Shown here: positions 38,771 to 52,649 of the stretch, one piece after another
How the letters are laid out: the number at the start of each line of letters is the position of its first letter
Numbering within the stretch: the stretch's first letter is position 1
Source of the DNA: Octopus sinensis
Lineage: Eukaryota
Direction: 5' to 3'
Assembly (NCBI RefSeq): GCF_006345805.1
Contig: NC_043006.1
Location: forward strand, 86,800,001 to 86,864,000
DNA length: 64,000 nt
Notes under the pieces: generated by a model
What the model saw: the letters and a program-made list of their open reading frames with translations, nothing else
Database searches by the model: none
What the model was told of the DNA's origin: nothing
Translations under genes and position numbers: made by a program

Positions 38771-39899
38771 AAAAATGAATAAATGAATAAATAAACCAGG
38801 TTTTATATTTCTGACACAACTCTAAGTTATTGCTATATCATATGACTATCTAACAGAAAATTTTGGAAGAGAAATATTTTTAGGCAATACCATAGTTGGA
38901 GTTTGAAATTTTATTTTAATACTTTGTATCTTTTTAAAGTAATTGCTTTTATCAATATTTTTTTCCGATGCATTCAAAAATGATCATCCTTCCAATTTTT
39001 CCCTGATTTTTCTCTCATCCATAAAGAAAAACAAAACATTTTCATTGATTACGAAAACAATTCCCCAGTATTGTGTTTTCTTCTGGTTTTTGTCAGTGTA
39101 AGCAAACATATCAATATATTTACATAATAAAAAGCTTGCTTTGTGTGCCAGTTACTGCAGATCATGCATTAAGATTTAAAAAAAAAAATTTATGAATTTG
39201 CAATTGAAGTATCTGATATTATTTTTAAGGAAGATAAAACTGAAAACAAAACAAAAAAAAAAAAACGTTAATATATTTATGAATTGAAAGGCTGCTAAAT
39301 TTATCACATGAAGTCAAAAGAACAACACCCATGCAACATTATTACTTTATCTTCTTTTAATGAAATGGATATATTGTGTAAATGGTAGCAAGATAAACAC
39401 ATCAGGCTGGTTCAAGCTATATAGACATAACCTATAACATACATTAAATCTATAAATTGGGCCTGTTGATGCTAGCTTGATATAGAAGTAGGTGATAGAT
39501 GTAATTATTATTATTTAGCCCTAGGTCAGCCTACAATGAAGGACAGTCCAGACATAACTATATTGTCTTTTTTCATATACACCATATACATATATATATG
39601 TGTGTGTGTGTGTGGAGGTACAATGGCCCAGTGGTTAGAGCAGCGGACTCGCGGTTTCAATTCCCAGACTGGGCGTTATGAGTGTTTATTGAGTGAAAAC
39701 ACCTAAAGCTCCACGTGGTTCTGGCAGGAGGTGGTGGCAATCCCTGCTGTACTCTTTCGCCGCTACTTTCTCTCACTCTTTCTTCTGTTGGCCTACTCGC
39801 TTAGCCAGCAGGATGGCATCATTTGAAGGCTAAAACAATGTGAAGCGCATTGTGACCAGCGATGTGTAGCAACATCTGATAGCCTGGCCGGTCACAGTG

Positions 39900-39930
<31 letters not shown>

Positions 39931-39974
39931 CATAGTATATCTTATTGTATCAACCAGACTATCCCATGCTATAT

Positions 39975-40385
39975 ACTTATTTCTTTATTGCCCACAAGGG
40001 GCTAAACACAGAGGGAACAGACAAAGGGATTAAGTTGATTACATCGACACCAGTGCGTAACTGGTACTTAATTTATCAACCTTGAAAGGATGAATGGCAG
40101 AGTCAACCTTGGCGGAATTTGAACTCAGAATTTAGCGCCAGATGAAATACCTATTTCTTTACTACCCACAAGGGGCTAAACATAGAGGGGACAAACAAGG
40201 ACAGACAAAGGGATTAAGTCAATTACATCAACCCCGGTGCATAACTGGTACTTAATTTATCAACCCTGAAAGGATGAAAGGCAAAGTCGACCTTGGCAGA
40301 ATTTGAATTCAGAACGTAATGGCAGACAAAATACCACTAAGAATTTTGCCCAGCATGCTAACGTTTCTGCCAATTTGCTACCACA
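39975..40385 (-). mobile_element. SINE with tandem duplication of its 3' ~175 bp
   Basis: ctatttctttactacccacaaggggctaaac block at ~39977 and ~40151. Confidence 0.8.
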
Positions 40386-42461
40386 TGCTATATACTGCTA
40401 TGTATGTGATATATACGCTGCTGGTCACAATTCACTTTTCACATTGTTGTAGTTGTTGAATGACGCCTTCTGCTGGTTAGGGAAGCAAGCCAGCTTTTCC
40501 CCACCTAACAGGATGCCAGTCTGCTGTGGGGTTGTCCATTTGCAGCTGAGTGAACTGGAGCAATGTGAAATAAAGTGTCTTGCTCAAGAACACAGTGCAC
40601 TGCTGGTCTGAAAATTGAAACCTTGGTCTTGTGATTGTGAGTACAACACTTTGACCATTTGTTCAAGTGTCTACACATACATAGTAGATACATAATCACT
40701 GTAACCAATGTATTCTTATATTTATAATTACAGAGTGTGGTTTTAGACATTAAGCTGCTTTTTCTAGCAGATCAAATCCTACAGGTCATGCAAAAGTGCC
40801 ATGATTTATCTCGTCCTTTACAACTAGTACATATTGAACCATTTAAGCCCAGCTTATAGATATTGGCTTGAATTTCATCCTTTATAGCTAGCATGTGTTG
40901 AACCATTATAGGCCCAGCTTATAAATTCTGGGCATGAATTACCTCATTCTTTACACCAATATACATTGAACAACATAGGCCCAGCTTATTAGGCCAATAC
41001 ACACAAACTGCAAATGCTGGAAATACAAATGATGCCAGGAATTTTGTCAGTACAAACTAACATTTCAATTCTATAGACAGGCCCTGTAGATGTTGAGTGT
41101 ATACATACAAATTTTAGAATAGCATTTCTCAAGCAAGTTCTCAGAATCTTTAGGGTTCTGTGAGAGATCACTTATGGTTTCTCAAGAAACAGTGATAAGT
41201 AGCTTAATTCAATGCAGATACATTTTTGAGTTGTTTTTGAGTTTGATTTTGTATTGATTGTTATGCATATATATAGGCTCTATTCTGGCCGTGTGGTTAA
41301 GAAACTCATATTACATCCACATAGGTTCAGGTTCAATCCAATTGCATCTCACTTTTGGTTTTTCTACCATAGACTCAGGCTAGCCAATATCTTGTAAGTG
41401 AGTTTGGTACTGAGAACTGGAGGAAACTCATCCTGTATGTGCAAGTTTGTATTTGTGTGTGTTCGTGTATGCGTGCACACATGCACGTGTATGTGTGTAA
41501 GTGCACATGTGAGTGTGTGTGTGCATGTGTATGTGTGTGCGTGTGTGTGCGCATGCATGTGTGTGTATGTGAGTGTGCACATGTTGGTATTTCACCTTTG
41601 ACTGCTTGACCTAAACAGTGTTGATGTTTACATTCCTTTTTGACATTACATTCAATCACACTATACTTTTGAAGACCAATGAAAGAAAAATAATCCCTGA
41701 CTTGAGAAACAGTGAGTGTTGGTGACAGGAAGAGCAACCAGCTGAAAATCCTACTTTAAAGTCATGCTTTTCTATGCTAGCATGGAAAAGGGGAAATTAA
41801 AACAAATGAATGAACTGATGATGAATGATGTACATCTATCCCCTAAAGGTGGGTAATTCTGACATCTATTGATAAACTTTCAACAGAGAATTGTAGGGAG
41901 AATCAGTCTGAGTGAGTTTATGGTTAAAACAAAATTTCTTAAACCTTCTTGTAAATTTAACTTTAAGAAGAGAAAGAAAATTACTAATAAAAATATATAA
42001 CTTTTATGTAGTAATTCTCTGAAACTGAAATGTATTTCAATGGTTACCTAACAGGAAAAAGTTGGGGGAAAGCTGCTTTCGATGTACTTATTTTCTAAAT
42101 ATTGAATAAGCAACATACAATATTTATATCCTACATAGACTCAGTGAGTGTTCAAGGAACTCAGTTTGTAAGTAACAACTGTCTAGGCACAGTTTGTGAA
42201 CATACAACCTGATGAGATGGAAAAAAATAAAGAATTAACAAAGTTCAGATTAGTTTTCACCTTGTTATATGTGTAATTCCAGTTTTAATTAACCAAGATA
42301 TTAGTATAGCTAAATCATTGTTTTGAGATTTGAAGTTGCCCCCCCCCCTTCTTGCTTTGGGCAGATTTACAAATTGTTTCAATGTTTATCTCTCATTAAT
42401 CTAAGTAGTCTTGATTAACTAGAGACTTATTGCTTGTCACATTGTGCTAGCATATACTTAA

Positions 42462-42690
42462 AGGCAGCGAGCTGGCAGAACCATTAGCACGCCAGGCGAA
42501 ATGTGTAACCATATTTCGTCTGCCGTTACGTTCTGAGTTCAATTTCCGCTGAGGTCAACTTTGCCTTTCATCCTTTCGGGATCAATAAATTAAGTGCCAG
42601 TTATGCACTGGGGTCGATGTAATCGACTTAGTTCATTTGTCTGTCCTTGTTTGTCCCCTCTATGTTTAGCCCCGTGTGGGTAATAAAGAA
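42462..42690 (+). mobile_element. SINE
   Basis: Same family as 9710-9935. Confidence 0.85.
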
Positions 42691-42799
42691 ACATACTTTA
42701 CTACACACACACACACACACACACACATACACTGAGATCAAATCATAACAAGAGTTGTCTCCTGTACTTGCTAAGGAAGAATGAATAGATAGGTTATTA

Positions 42800-44270
42800 T
42801 TTGGATTTTCCCTGTTTTGCATGCAACCCATGAAGTATCATCTGTTTGGCAGACATCAGCATGTATCTGCAAATAATTTGTTTGCTCATGCCATTGTCAG
42901 AGGCATCGGTCCAACAGGGTAGGTTTGACTGAGAAGATACACTCAGTTTTCTGTATCAGTAGTTGATGGGGAAATGTTTATTAATTAAAGCTAGGACATG
43001 TTTAACCAAGTTAGATTTAACATTTATTGAGAACAGCCATGGTGGCCAGATAATAATGGTGTCTTCTCTTCCAACCATTGGCTGCCTAATGGCTAAATGT
43101 ATATGTGATATTTAGCTTTGAATTCACTGCTTTCTAGTGCTTTATTAGGAAACCACACTGTCAAAAATTTTCATATTCAATAAAAGGTTAGAGGTTTGTC
43201 CAACAATATTGTTTTTACAAACTACGGTCAAATCGCAGGAATCTTTATTATTACATGTGTGCATATATATGTGTTTCATTAAGTCTACTGTATGATTTGA
43301 GTTAGGTTGAGTGTGGTTAGGTTGAGGGTAACGTCTTAGGAATTCACATGCTTAGGTGTGTAGTAATGATTATTTTCAGGCTGAAATTATTGAATATAAT
43401 AAGACGTTTCCTTATTTATGACCATAGTCTTTCTTATTTATAGAATTTTGTATAAAATTAGAGTTGTCAACTGTAATTTTGCTTTACAATTTTATGTTGC
43501 AATATGTATTAATAATGAGTTGCCTTCATTCCTTGTTACAAATGAAAGGTCATCTAATAAAAAAATATTATATTGTGGCTGTGTGATAAGTAGCTTGCTT
43601 ACCAACCACATAGTTTTAGGTTCAGTCCCACTGCATGTCACCTAATGGCAAGTGTTTTCTACTATAGCCTCGGGCTAACCAGAGCCTTGTGAGTGGATTT
43701 GGTAGATGGAAACTGAAAGAAGCCCATCGTATATATATGTGTGTGTGTGTTTGTGTGTCTGTGTTTGTTCTCCCAACATTGATTGACAACCGATGCTGGT
43801 GTGTTTATGTCCTCATAACTTAGTGGTTCAGCAAAATAGACTGATAGAATAAGTCTTAGGCTTACAAAGAATAAGTCCTGGGGTCGATTCGCTCAACTAA
43901 AGGCAGTGCTCCAGCATGGCTGCAGTCAAATGACTGAAACAAATAAAAGTATCTTTGAAAAATGGGTGTCTGAATCATATTCCATGTGTTTGTTAGTTTG
44001 TAATTTCGAGGTGATATGAGATTTTTTTTATTCTCATAATTTTATAATATATTCTATGAGTTTATGGTTAAGAGTGATACATGTTGTGTTCTGCTTCTTA
44101 AGTATTTTAATGATATATTCATCCATCTTATAACCAGGAGTAATTTGGTTCTTTTATTATATGATATATGTATGGCTTGTGTATCTTTAATAGGTACTGC
44201 ATAAGTTGTAACAGTGTAGGTAAATTCCATCTGGTATCATCCTGTGTAACATAATTCTAAATTTTTCTTC
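42800..44270 (-). mobile_element. Decayed Penelope-like element, interrupted by a SINE (43575-43950)
   Basis: Minus strand near 42950-43035 reads FSINVKSNLVKHVLALINKHFPINY*YRKL, resembling the PLE linker before GIY-YIG; extent approximate. Confidence 0.55.
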
Positions 44271-44849
44271 TTTTTTGTCTTTGGTCAGTAAGTGTTATTT
44301 CCTATTTGCTTCTATCTAGAAATCAAAGGAAATGACCACTATTTTCTTCAAGCTTTGCTTTTGTGACCTGGACATTAATGTTTTAAAACTGACCTATTTT
44401 CCATTACATTTCATACAGATTCAGCACTGAGCTGCAGAAGCAGAAATATCATTATAGTAAATACACTGCTCAGTACCATAGATTTGTTTGTCAGTTGCTT
44501 GGTCTTAACCACTTGAGTATGTCCCTTAGTGGCTGACAGCATATGTGTCTCTGATCATGAGCAGGAGTAGAGGGAGAGCAGCATAGCCATGTTTTGAGAG
44601 GGATTTTTTGAAGTTTGAATAAATGTGACAAAAGCAAAGTCTCAAAGAAATATTAGCAATTTTTCATACTTTCTAAGATTAAACAAACAGGAAATAGCAA
44701 TTGCAACTCAAAGACAAAAATCCTGTTGCACAGTGGAATCTATTAATATGACTATCATTTACTAATGTTTGTTCTACATATAGAATTTTCATATTTAAGG
44801 CTTCTTTAGTGGATGAAAATTTAATTGCTTGTCAAATAGGTGATTCAAC

Positions 44850-46045
44850 TCATACCAGCTATTTCACCCATTACTCAGTTCTATCTTTCCTGTCTCTTGA
44901 ACTGCAACTATAATTGGGAGACTCAATTTCAATTCCTTGCTCAACACTTGGCTCATTGTAAATACCCTCCACCATAATCCAAGCCACACTCAACACTCAT
45001 TTTTGAAGTCAGTGGCATCTCTACCCTTTACCCTGCCTCCAGCCCATCCATGATTACCTTCAGTTTCGTTCACCTACCACCCTTCCAACTACCCCTTTAA
45101 CAGACTGTTCTACTTGCATTATATGTCTTCCAATCTGACCCAACAACTTCCCATATCTTTCTCAAGTCACTTCTCCCCCTCCTTTTAATGCATCTATAAT
45201 CTATATAACCCATACATCCATAGTTCCTTCCCTAATCTACACCCAACCAAGGTCCCTTTTTTGTTCCTGCTGCCATGCTTGTCTCTTTCTCTCCAACACC
45301 ATTCTGTTTATTGGTCCTAACCACTATTCTCTCTGTAAAACTGATTCCTTCAATTGCTTTCTCTACTCAACTCATATATTGCATTCAATACACACTTTGC
45401 AATTCCCTGTACTTAAGATCAATTAGACAATGTTTGTGTGCTCACTTCACTGAACATCCACCTTGATAATAATTTCTCAGTCTTGCACTCGACTTGGCTT
45501 CTCTTTGTGCTTAGTGTAGCCCTTTACAGCGACCTTATTTCCAACATAAACAGAAACTCCTTTTCATTCTTAAATCTTTCATATCTCATGGCCTCAATGA
45601 CTACACTTTTTTAACATATGTCATCATCATATTACTCACACATGACACATACGCATGTTATAAAAACTTTTCTGACCATGTTATTAATTTCTAATACAAA
45701 CTTGCACACATATTTATACAAACATACATTCTGTGACTTTACATACATATGTATTACTTCACCTATATTAGGCTCACACATTACATCTAGAAACACATAC
45801 ACAAAGATAATTTACATACAAATATCTCCCTGTTGTTTTGTCTGTATGAAACCTCATTCCTTCTATCACACTTTTGGTTATTTAGCATTTGCTATTTTAA
45901 ACATTACTTGACAGAAAAACACATATTTTTCTATCAATCATGTTTTCTTTCCTTCCTCTACACTAATTCCTTCTGAATAAAAAAAAAACTTTGTGAAGAA
46001 GAGCATAAGCACAAAACATCAAAAGCACTTCTACTTTCCTAATCT
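44850..46045 (+). mobile_element. Decayed Penelope-like element 3' part: GIY-YIG endonuclease plus pseudo-LTR with HHR remnant
   Basis: LIYCIQYTLCNSLYLRSIRQCLCAHFTEH (ORF 45275-45466) and KQKLLFILKSFISHGLN near 45549-45599; HHR remnant 45989-46025; left boundary approximate. Confidence 0.7.
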
Positions 46046-46175
46046 ACTATTGATTTTCAAAGTAAAACTGCACTTCATTTTCACAATGTCTTTTTGTTGT
46101 TTGTGTCATCATTAATTTCAAACCTGTATATACATTAATTTTCAACTTGCAAACATAAAAATATATATATACTAT

Positions 46176-46222
<47 letters not shown>

Positions 46223-46227
46223 CATAT

Positions 46228-46287
<60 letters not shown>

Positions 46288-46417
46288 TATATATAAAATG
46301 AACATATCTATTGAAAGAACTAATAGAAAAATTGCAATCAATTAATTTCTGCAAGAGACATTAATCATAACCTGAAAGAAAAATATTAGAAACTTTAGAA
46401 GACTTCCATTTACTTAC

Positions 46418-46552
46418 CTTCTTATAGGTTATACTGTCAAATACTACAGCTATATCTCTGGGTTGTTTCACTCCATTTTCAATTGGGTGTGATGTTTCAA
46501 AGGCATCCTTATTTAGAGCAGATATGAATTGTCTGAGCATGATATACTGATT
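46418..46552 (-). CDS. Internal exon (135 bp, phase 0/0) of an M1 family zinc aminopeptidase
   Basis: tttatttcttcAG|NQYIMLRQFISALNKDAFETSHPIENGVKQPRDIAVVFDSITYKK|GTaagt; SHPI and FDxIxYxK (catalytic Tyr) motifs; continues in frame from exon 62565-62678. Confidence 0.95.
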
Positions 46553-47404
46553 CTGAAGAAATAAAACAAATGTAAATCAGATATAAATATTATACAGATA
46601 ATTATATAGATAAAATTATATAAAGTATATTTGTCATTGACTTTCTAGACACCAGATCTCATGACTCAAACATCTGGAATATAATATTCATTACTGTCAC
46701 AATAGTCTTACTAGGAAACAATAATTCTAGATACATTGTATATAGTCTTACAAGACCATATACATAATCTTGATAGATGCACTGTATTTTATTACTAGAC
46801 TCTTTGCTTTTTGTAATTATATATGCTAAAAATTTAGGTAGCAAAAAAAAAAAATTAAATGTTTGTAACACATTAATTTGCTTAAAATATGTTTAGACAT
46901 GTTAGAAATGGTAAAATAATTTTATAGTGTCTCCCTCTCTCTGATACATGCACACACCTAAGTCCTACTGAGGACATGACAAATTCTCTTGTGCTGGTGC
47001 CTTGATAAAATGCACTCAGTACACTCTAGAAACTGGTTTATGGCAGAAAGGACATTCAACTACAGGAATAAAGTAAAAAAGGACGTGTATGAGCAACATA
47101 TGATCACCTACTCATTAACAGTTCAATAACTCTGAATAAACTGGCTCAAATCATGATGACTAGTCCAACGTATAACAGTATAGAATGTAAACATAGGACA
47201 ATGTAAACATGTCATGTTAAGGTCAACTTTGCCTATTGTTATTTTAGAGTTGATAAAACGAAACAAAAATCCAGGGCAGTGGATTAGCAGAAGTAGGACT
47301 GGGGTGTTTGACATATCTACTTATAAGATACCTTATGGTATCTATTAGAGGTCAGTGCATTCTCAGCTCAAATTTCATCACCTATTACTCAAGATATGGA
47401 TCTT

Positions 47405-48245
47405 TCAGAACCTAGCAAAAATAGTTACAAGAAATATCAGGTGTGGAAGCAAGGTCTGAAATGTAGGGGCATTAGAGTTAATTTGGCAAAGATCAAAATC
47501 CAAATAAGTAGGAAAAAAAACAAATCACAAATCCCTTCAGGGAGATGGCCGTGCTTGATATGTAGGAAAGATGTTGGTAGAAACTCCATACAGTGTACCC
47601 AGTGTAAGCTATGGACATATAAGAGGTGCAGTGGTATTTCAGGAAGATGAACAGAGAAAGTAGTCTTTGTGTGTGGATGATGTGCAGGTACAATAAACAT
47701 TAAGAATAGACTTCCTCAAATGCCCAGGAGGATCTTTAGAAGTAGCATATAGTTTTTATTACCTAAGTGATCAAGGCAGTGGTGAAGGAGGGAGTTCTAG
47801 AAGCATAGTTGACAGAATAAGAACAGGCTGGGCAAAGTTCAGAGAACTACTACTTTTATTGGTAACAAAGTGCCTCTGCCTCAGAGTGAAAGGCAGATCG
47901 TATGATGCATGTGTACGAATAGCTATGCTACATGGCAGTGAAACATGGGCTATGACTACAAAGGACATGTAAAAGCTTGAGAGAAATGAATCCAGCATGG
48001 GTAATGTCAGTGTGCATGTACAACAGAGTGTAAATGTTTTAAGAGAAAAACTGGGTTTATGAGGAACCAGATGTAGTGTGCAAGAGAGAAGACTGCACTG
48101 ATATGGTTATGTGATGTATATGGATGAGGACAGCCACATAAAAATTACTGATCTCTAATTGTGGAGAGAACTTATGGAACAAGTAAGCCCAAGAAAGGAT
48201 CTTCAGACATTGGGCTTCACAGAGAAGATGACAAGGGACCAAGTA
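47405..48245 (+). mobile_element. RTE-clade LINE 3' fragment with Cys-rich insert
   Basis: WPCLICRKDVGRNSIQCTQCKLWTYKRCSGISGR, RIRTGWAKFREL, MLHGSETWAM. Confidence 0.88.
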
Positions 48246-48329
48246 AAATGACAACTATCCAACCATACAGGCACCTCTTTTATGGTCATGCTCCACTTCC
48301 TCTCTCTGCTGAGAGGTCTTTGTCTTGTG

Positions 48330-48670
48330 GGCTCACAGGTGCTGATGTCATATAAAAAGCACCTGTGCTAGTGCCTCACGGAAAGCATCTATGCCGGTAC
48401 CCCTCAAAAACCACCAAGCTGGTCCCATGTAAAAGCACCAATGCCAGTACCACATAAAAGCATCCATCCCAGAGCCACATAAAGACACCTGGGTCAGTGA
48501 CACATAAAAAGCACCCAGTACCCTGTAAAGTGGTTGGCCTTGGGAAGGGCATCCAGCTGTAGAAACCATGCCAAAACAGACAACAGGAGCCCGGGCAGCT
48601 GGCCAGCTCCTGTCAAATCGTCCAATTCATGCCAGCATGGAAAACAGCCATTAAATGATGATGATGATGT
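48330..48670 (+). mobile_element. RTE-tail type retroposon with ~30-bp subrepeats
   Basis: ggaagggcatccagctgtagaaacc...ttaaatgatgatgatgat. Confidence 0.75.
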
Positions 48671-50413
48671 TTGAGAAATCTATAAACAAAAGTCCAAACA
48701 TTTTCATCTAATATTTCTCAGTGGCAGCACATCAACTAGTAGGAGAGAATTGAAAGAGACTTTCAGCACCTGTGCAGCTAAAGGAAATTAATAAATAATA
48801 ATAAAATCATTCTAAACACATGCAACAGAGTTATAGCATCAAATTTTGGTTTTTATTCCACAAATTTCAGCCTATTTTTTCTTCTCTACTTAGCATTTTT
48901 CAAGAGTTCATACACAAATTCTATTTCATTGGTTATGAAAATCTATTCCAGGAACCTTTTACAAGAAATTTTGGTATTTGTTTTAGAGACAAAGAGCTGA
49001 TTCTGGGATACTAAGTAGACATAAATATGATGCTTATTAAATTATTAAATAATGAAAAGGTGTATATTAAATGGAAAAAAAACTATCATCATGTAATAAA
49101 CATCTTTGTGTGTAATTAGTGAATATGTTTATTAAATATAAAACATGTAAAGTGGTTATAAATTTCAGATATAAACTTTAGAATATTAAAAGCGCAGGCA
49201 TGACTGTGTGGGTATGTAGTTTACTGAGTTACCATATGGATTTGAATTTTGTGTCGGTAAGGTGAATAAAGTGCATTGTGACTAGCGGTGTATAATCACA
49301 TCCAATAGTTTGGATGATACTGACATACATACACATCAGGGACGTGTCGCCTGGGTAGGCAGAGCCTGCCTTGAATGAAATAGATTGATAGTAACATTTT
49401 CCTTTTATGGCAAAATATGCACCTAATTCAATAAAATTATAGTTACTCTGATTATTATGCATAAAATGCAAAATATTCTATTTATTTGTAGATTAGGTAG
49501 GCATAATTCACCCCTTTCAATTTCAGTATTAAAACTATGCATAGTGCTGTTGTAGTACACATGCTGCATACATTCCTACAACAATGTTTTCTTTACATGC
49601 TATAAAGGCAGAAGTAAATCTGCTTCCCACTCAGTCACGTGCCCGTGTTTTGCCTATTTTTTTGTGTGTTTTACTACATAAACACCACCAACTGCCTACC
49701 CTGAGTAATTACTCTTGGCATGTGCCTGATACATACATATATATTGCGACCCATTCGGTCATGAATGACCATGGGATTGCACCTAGAAAGTTAGCCTCTG
49801 AGGCACAAGTCTGGGCAAGATTGTTTATGAAAGACCAGCAGTCGCCCATGCATACCAGCCTCCCCTCCCCATGCCACCGATGCTATCCAAGGGAAAGGCA
49901 AAGGCTGATACAGCTTTGCACCAGTGACATCGCAACTCATTTGTTAATGTACAAGTGGCTGAGCACTCCACAGACACGTGTACCCTTAACGTAGTTCTCG
50001 AGGAGATTCAGCATGGCACAGAGTGTGACAAGGCTGGCCCTTTCAAATACAGGTACAACAGAAACAAAAAGAAAAAGTGGGAGAAAGTTGTGGTGAAAGA
50101 GTACAGCAGGGTTCACCACCACCCCTTGCTGGAGCCACATGGAGCTTTAGGTGTTTTTACTCAATAAACAATCACAATGCCCTGTCTGGGAATTGAAACC
50201 ACGATCCTATGACCACGAATTTGCTGCCCTAACCACCTGGGTCATTGCGCCTACAGATACATATATATAAGTACATACATATATATATACATACATACAC
50301 ATATACATGCACACACACACACACACATATATATATATACATATATATACACACACACATACATACATATATATACATACAAACAGACAGACATAGACAT
50401 GCATACACATATA

Positions 50414-50628
50414 TGAGGGTGTGGATGAAAAGTTCCTGGCTTTGGGTAAAAGAAATACAGGAGGATCAGTTAATTATGATTTTACTCAACATATTCTCCT
50501 CTCAGATTCACACACATTGCAGTAGTCCTTCAGTTTTTCTAAGCCCTGTAAAAGGACTTGGACGGTTGGGCCTTCAGCCAGACCCTTTGCGACACCCTTA
50601 AAGTCAGGAACTTTTCAGCACCCACTTG
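50414..50628. mobile_element. Mariner-type MITE
   Basis: TA-tgagggtgtggatgaaaagttcctggcttt ... aaagtcaggaacttttcagcacccacttg-TA. Confidence 0.85.
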
Positions 50629-52649
50629 TATATATATGTACACATGCATGCATTCATACACACATAGACACACGCATGTATGCATGCACACATACACATC
50701 CATCCATCCATCCATCCATCCATCCATCATCCACACACACACACACACATACACATACATACATGTATATATGTTTATTCGTTGTCTTCTTCCTCTTTAC
50801 CATATATGGGTTACAAATTCTGTTTGTTTGTGGAGACTTATTTTTTCTAGTAGTAGTAATAGTGACCTATTTGGCTGCTGAACTTTTGCTAGGTTATGAA
50901 GTCCTCTACATGGTCACTCAATGAGCAAGAAATGACAGCTAAATCTCCTTCAAATCATACTTGATGACTTGAAAACTAGAAAAAAACATTGGATTATATA
51001 ATCCTAGATATACCGTGCCAATCAGAAAACAGGTGAATCATAGCTGGAAGGCTTTTGTTCATAGGTCTAAAGATCAGTCCTGAACTGGAACAGTAAATTG
51101 CATGCATCCTTCAGCTGAGTCTTGTTCATCTTTGCTATGATCACAGTTTGTAGCCTCAAATATACAAGAATGAACTTGACAGGGGAGAGAAAGTAACATA
51201 TCACACTGCATCCCACATATCAAATCAAAGTATTTTTGAGTTTGGAGTGTGATATTTCCAGAGACAAAAGTATAGAACATCTAGAAAGCTGTATTTGTGA
51301 ATAGCACTAATATCTTTGACTTTCTACATATCTGCATACCAGAAGTCTGTTCTAGCAGAGTTGACTGAATCCACACCAGAACAACAAAGCGATGGATTCT
51401 TTTGTATCATAAACTAGTCAATAGTTAAGGTGGTGAGCTGGTAGAATCGTTGGTATGCCAGGCAAAATGATTAGTGGTGTCTTTACATTCAAATTCCACT
51501 AAGTTTGACTTTTCCTCTCATTTCTTTCGGAGTTGACAAAATAAGTACCAGTAGAATACTAGGGTCAATGTAATCAACTTACTGCCACCCTCAATGTTTC
51601 TGGCCTTGTGCCAAAATTTGAATTTCCATTTACAAGGCTTTAGTCAACATGAGGCTACAGTAGAAATATTTGACATGATGCAGTGCAGTGAGATTGTACC
51701 AGGAAATACATGGTTATGAAGTAAAATTCTTAACCATACAGCTGTATCTGTGTCTATGACTAATATCTAATTATTCCTTCCTTCAATTACAAAAATTTGA
51801 AAAATAAAAAAAAATGTTAATTCCTTCAAGTAGAATGGTTTTGATGAATAATTCATAGTGCACCTGAGCATTGTATAGCATAAGATCATCATCATCATTA
51901 TTATTATATGCCCGTAGCATTTTTATTTTATGTGAGGGATGCATGGCTTAGTGGTTAGGGTGTTGCATTCACAATTGCAAGATCATGGTTTATAATTCCT
52001 AGACCAGTTTCTGCATTGCGTTTTTGAGCAAAACACTTCATCTCACATTGCTCTGGGATCATTTTGACACCTGACATGTGGTACACTGTGCACCTGTTCA
52101 GGCAATTTGATGGTGGGAGTGAGCTAATATATAGCACATACGTTTCATCATCATCATCATCCAGTGTTTTAAATCTGGGTTTTGTTCCTGTTAATGGGGG
52201 TGACTGAATCTACCTCAATGCCATAGCAACTGCCCTCACGCCATCTTCCCATCATGCCTGGTTTTGGGCATCCTCCCTTCTCAATCCAACCCTCCCAATC
52301 TCTTCATCCACCTGTTCCCTCCATAAATAAAGTACCAGTGACGCACTGGGGTCAATGTAATTGACTTAATCTGTTTGTCTGTACTTGTCTGTCCCCTCTA
52401 TGTTTAGCCCCTTGTGGGCAATGAAGGAATAGGTTTGAATCTCAGACCAGGTGATGCATGTGTTAATGAGCGAAACACCTAAGCTCCCCATGGCTCCAGC
52501 AGAAGGTAATGGCAAAACTTCTGTTGATTCTTTTGCCACAACTTTCTTTCATTCTTTCCTCCTGCATTTTGCAGCTCACCTGTGATGGACCAGCGTCCCG
52601 TCCAGGTGGGGAACCTATACGCCAAGAAACCGGGAAACCGGAACCCCTG

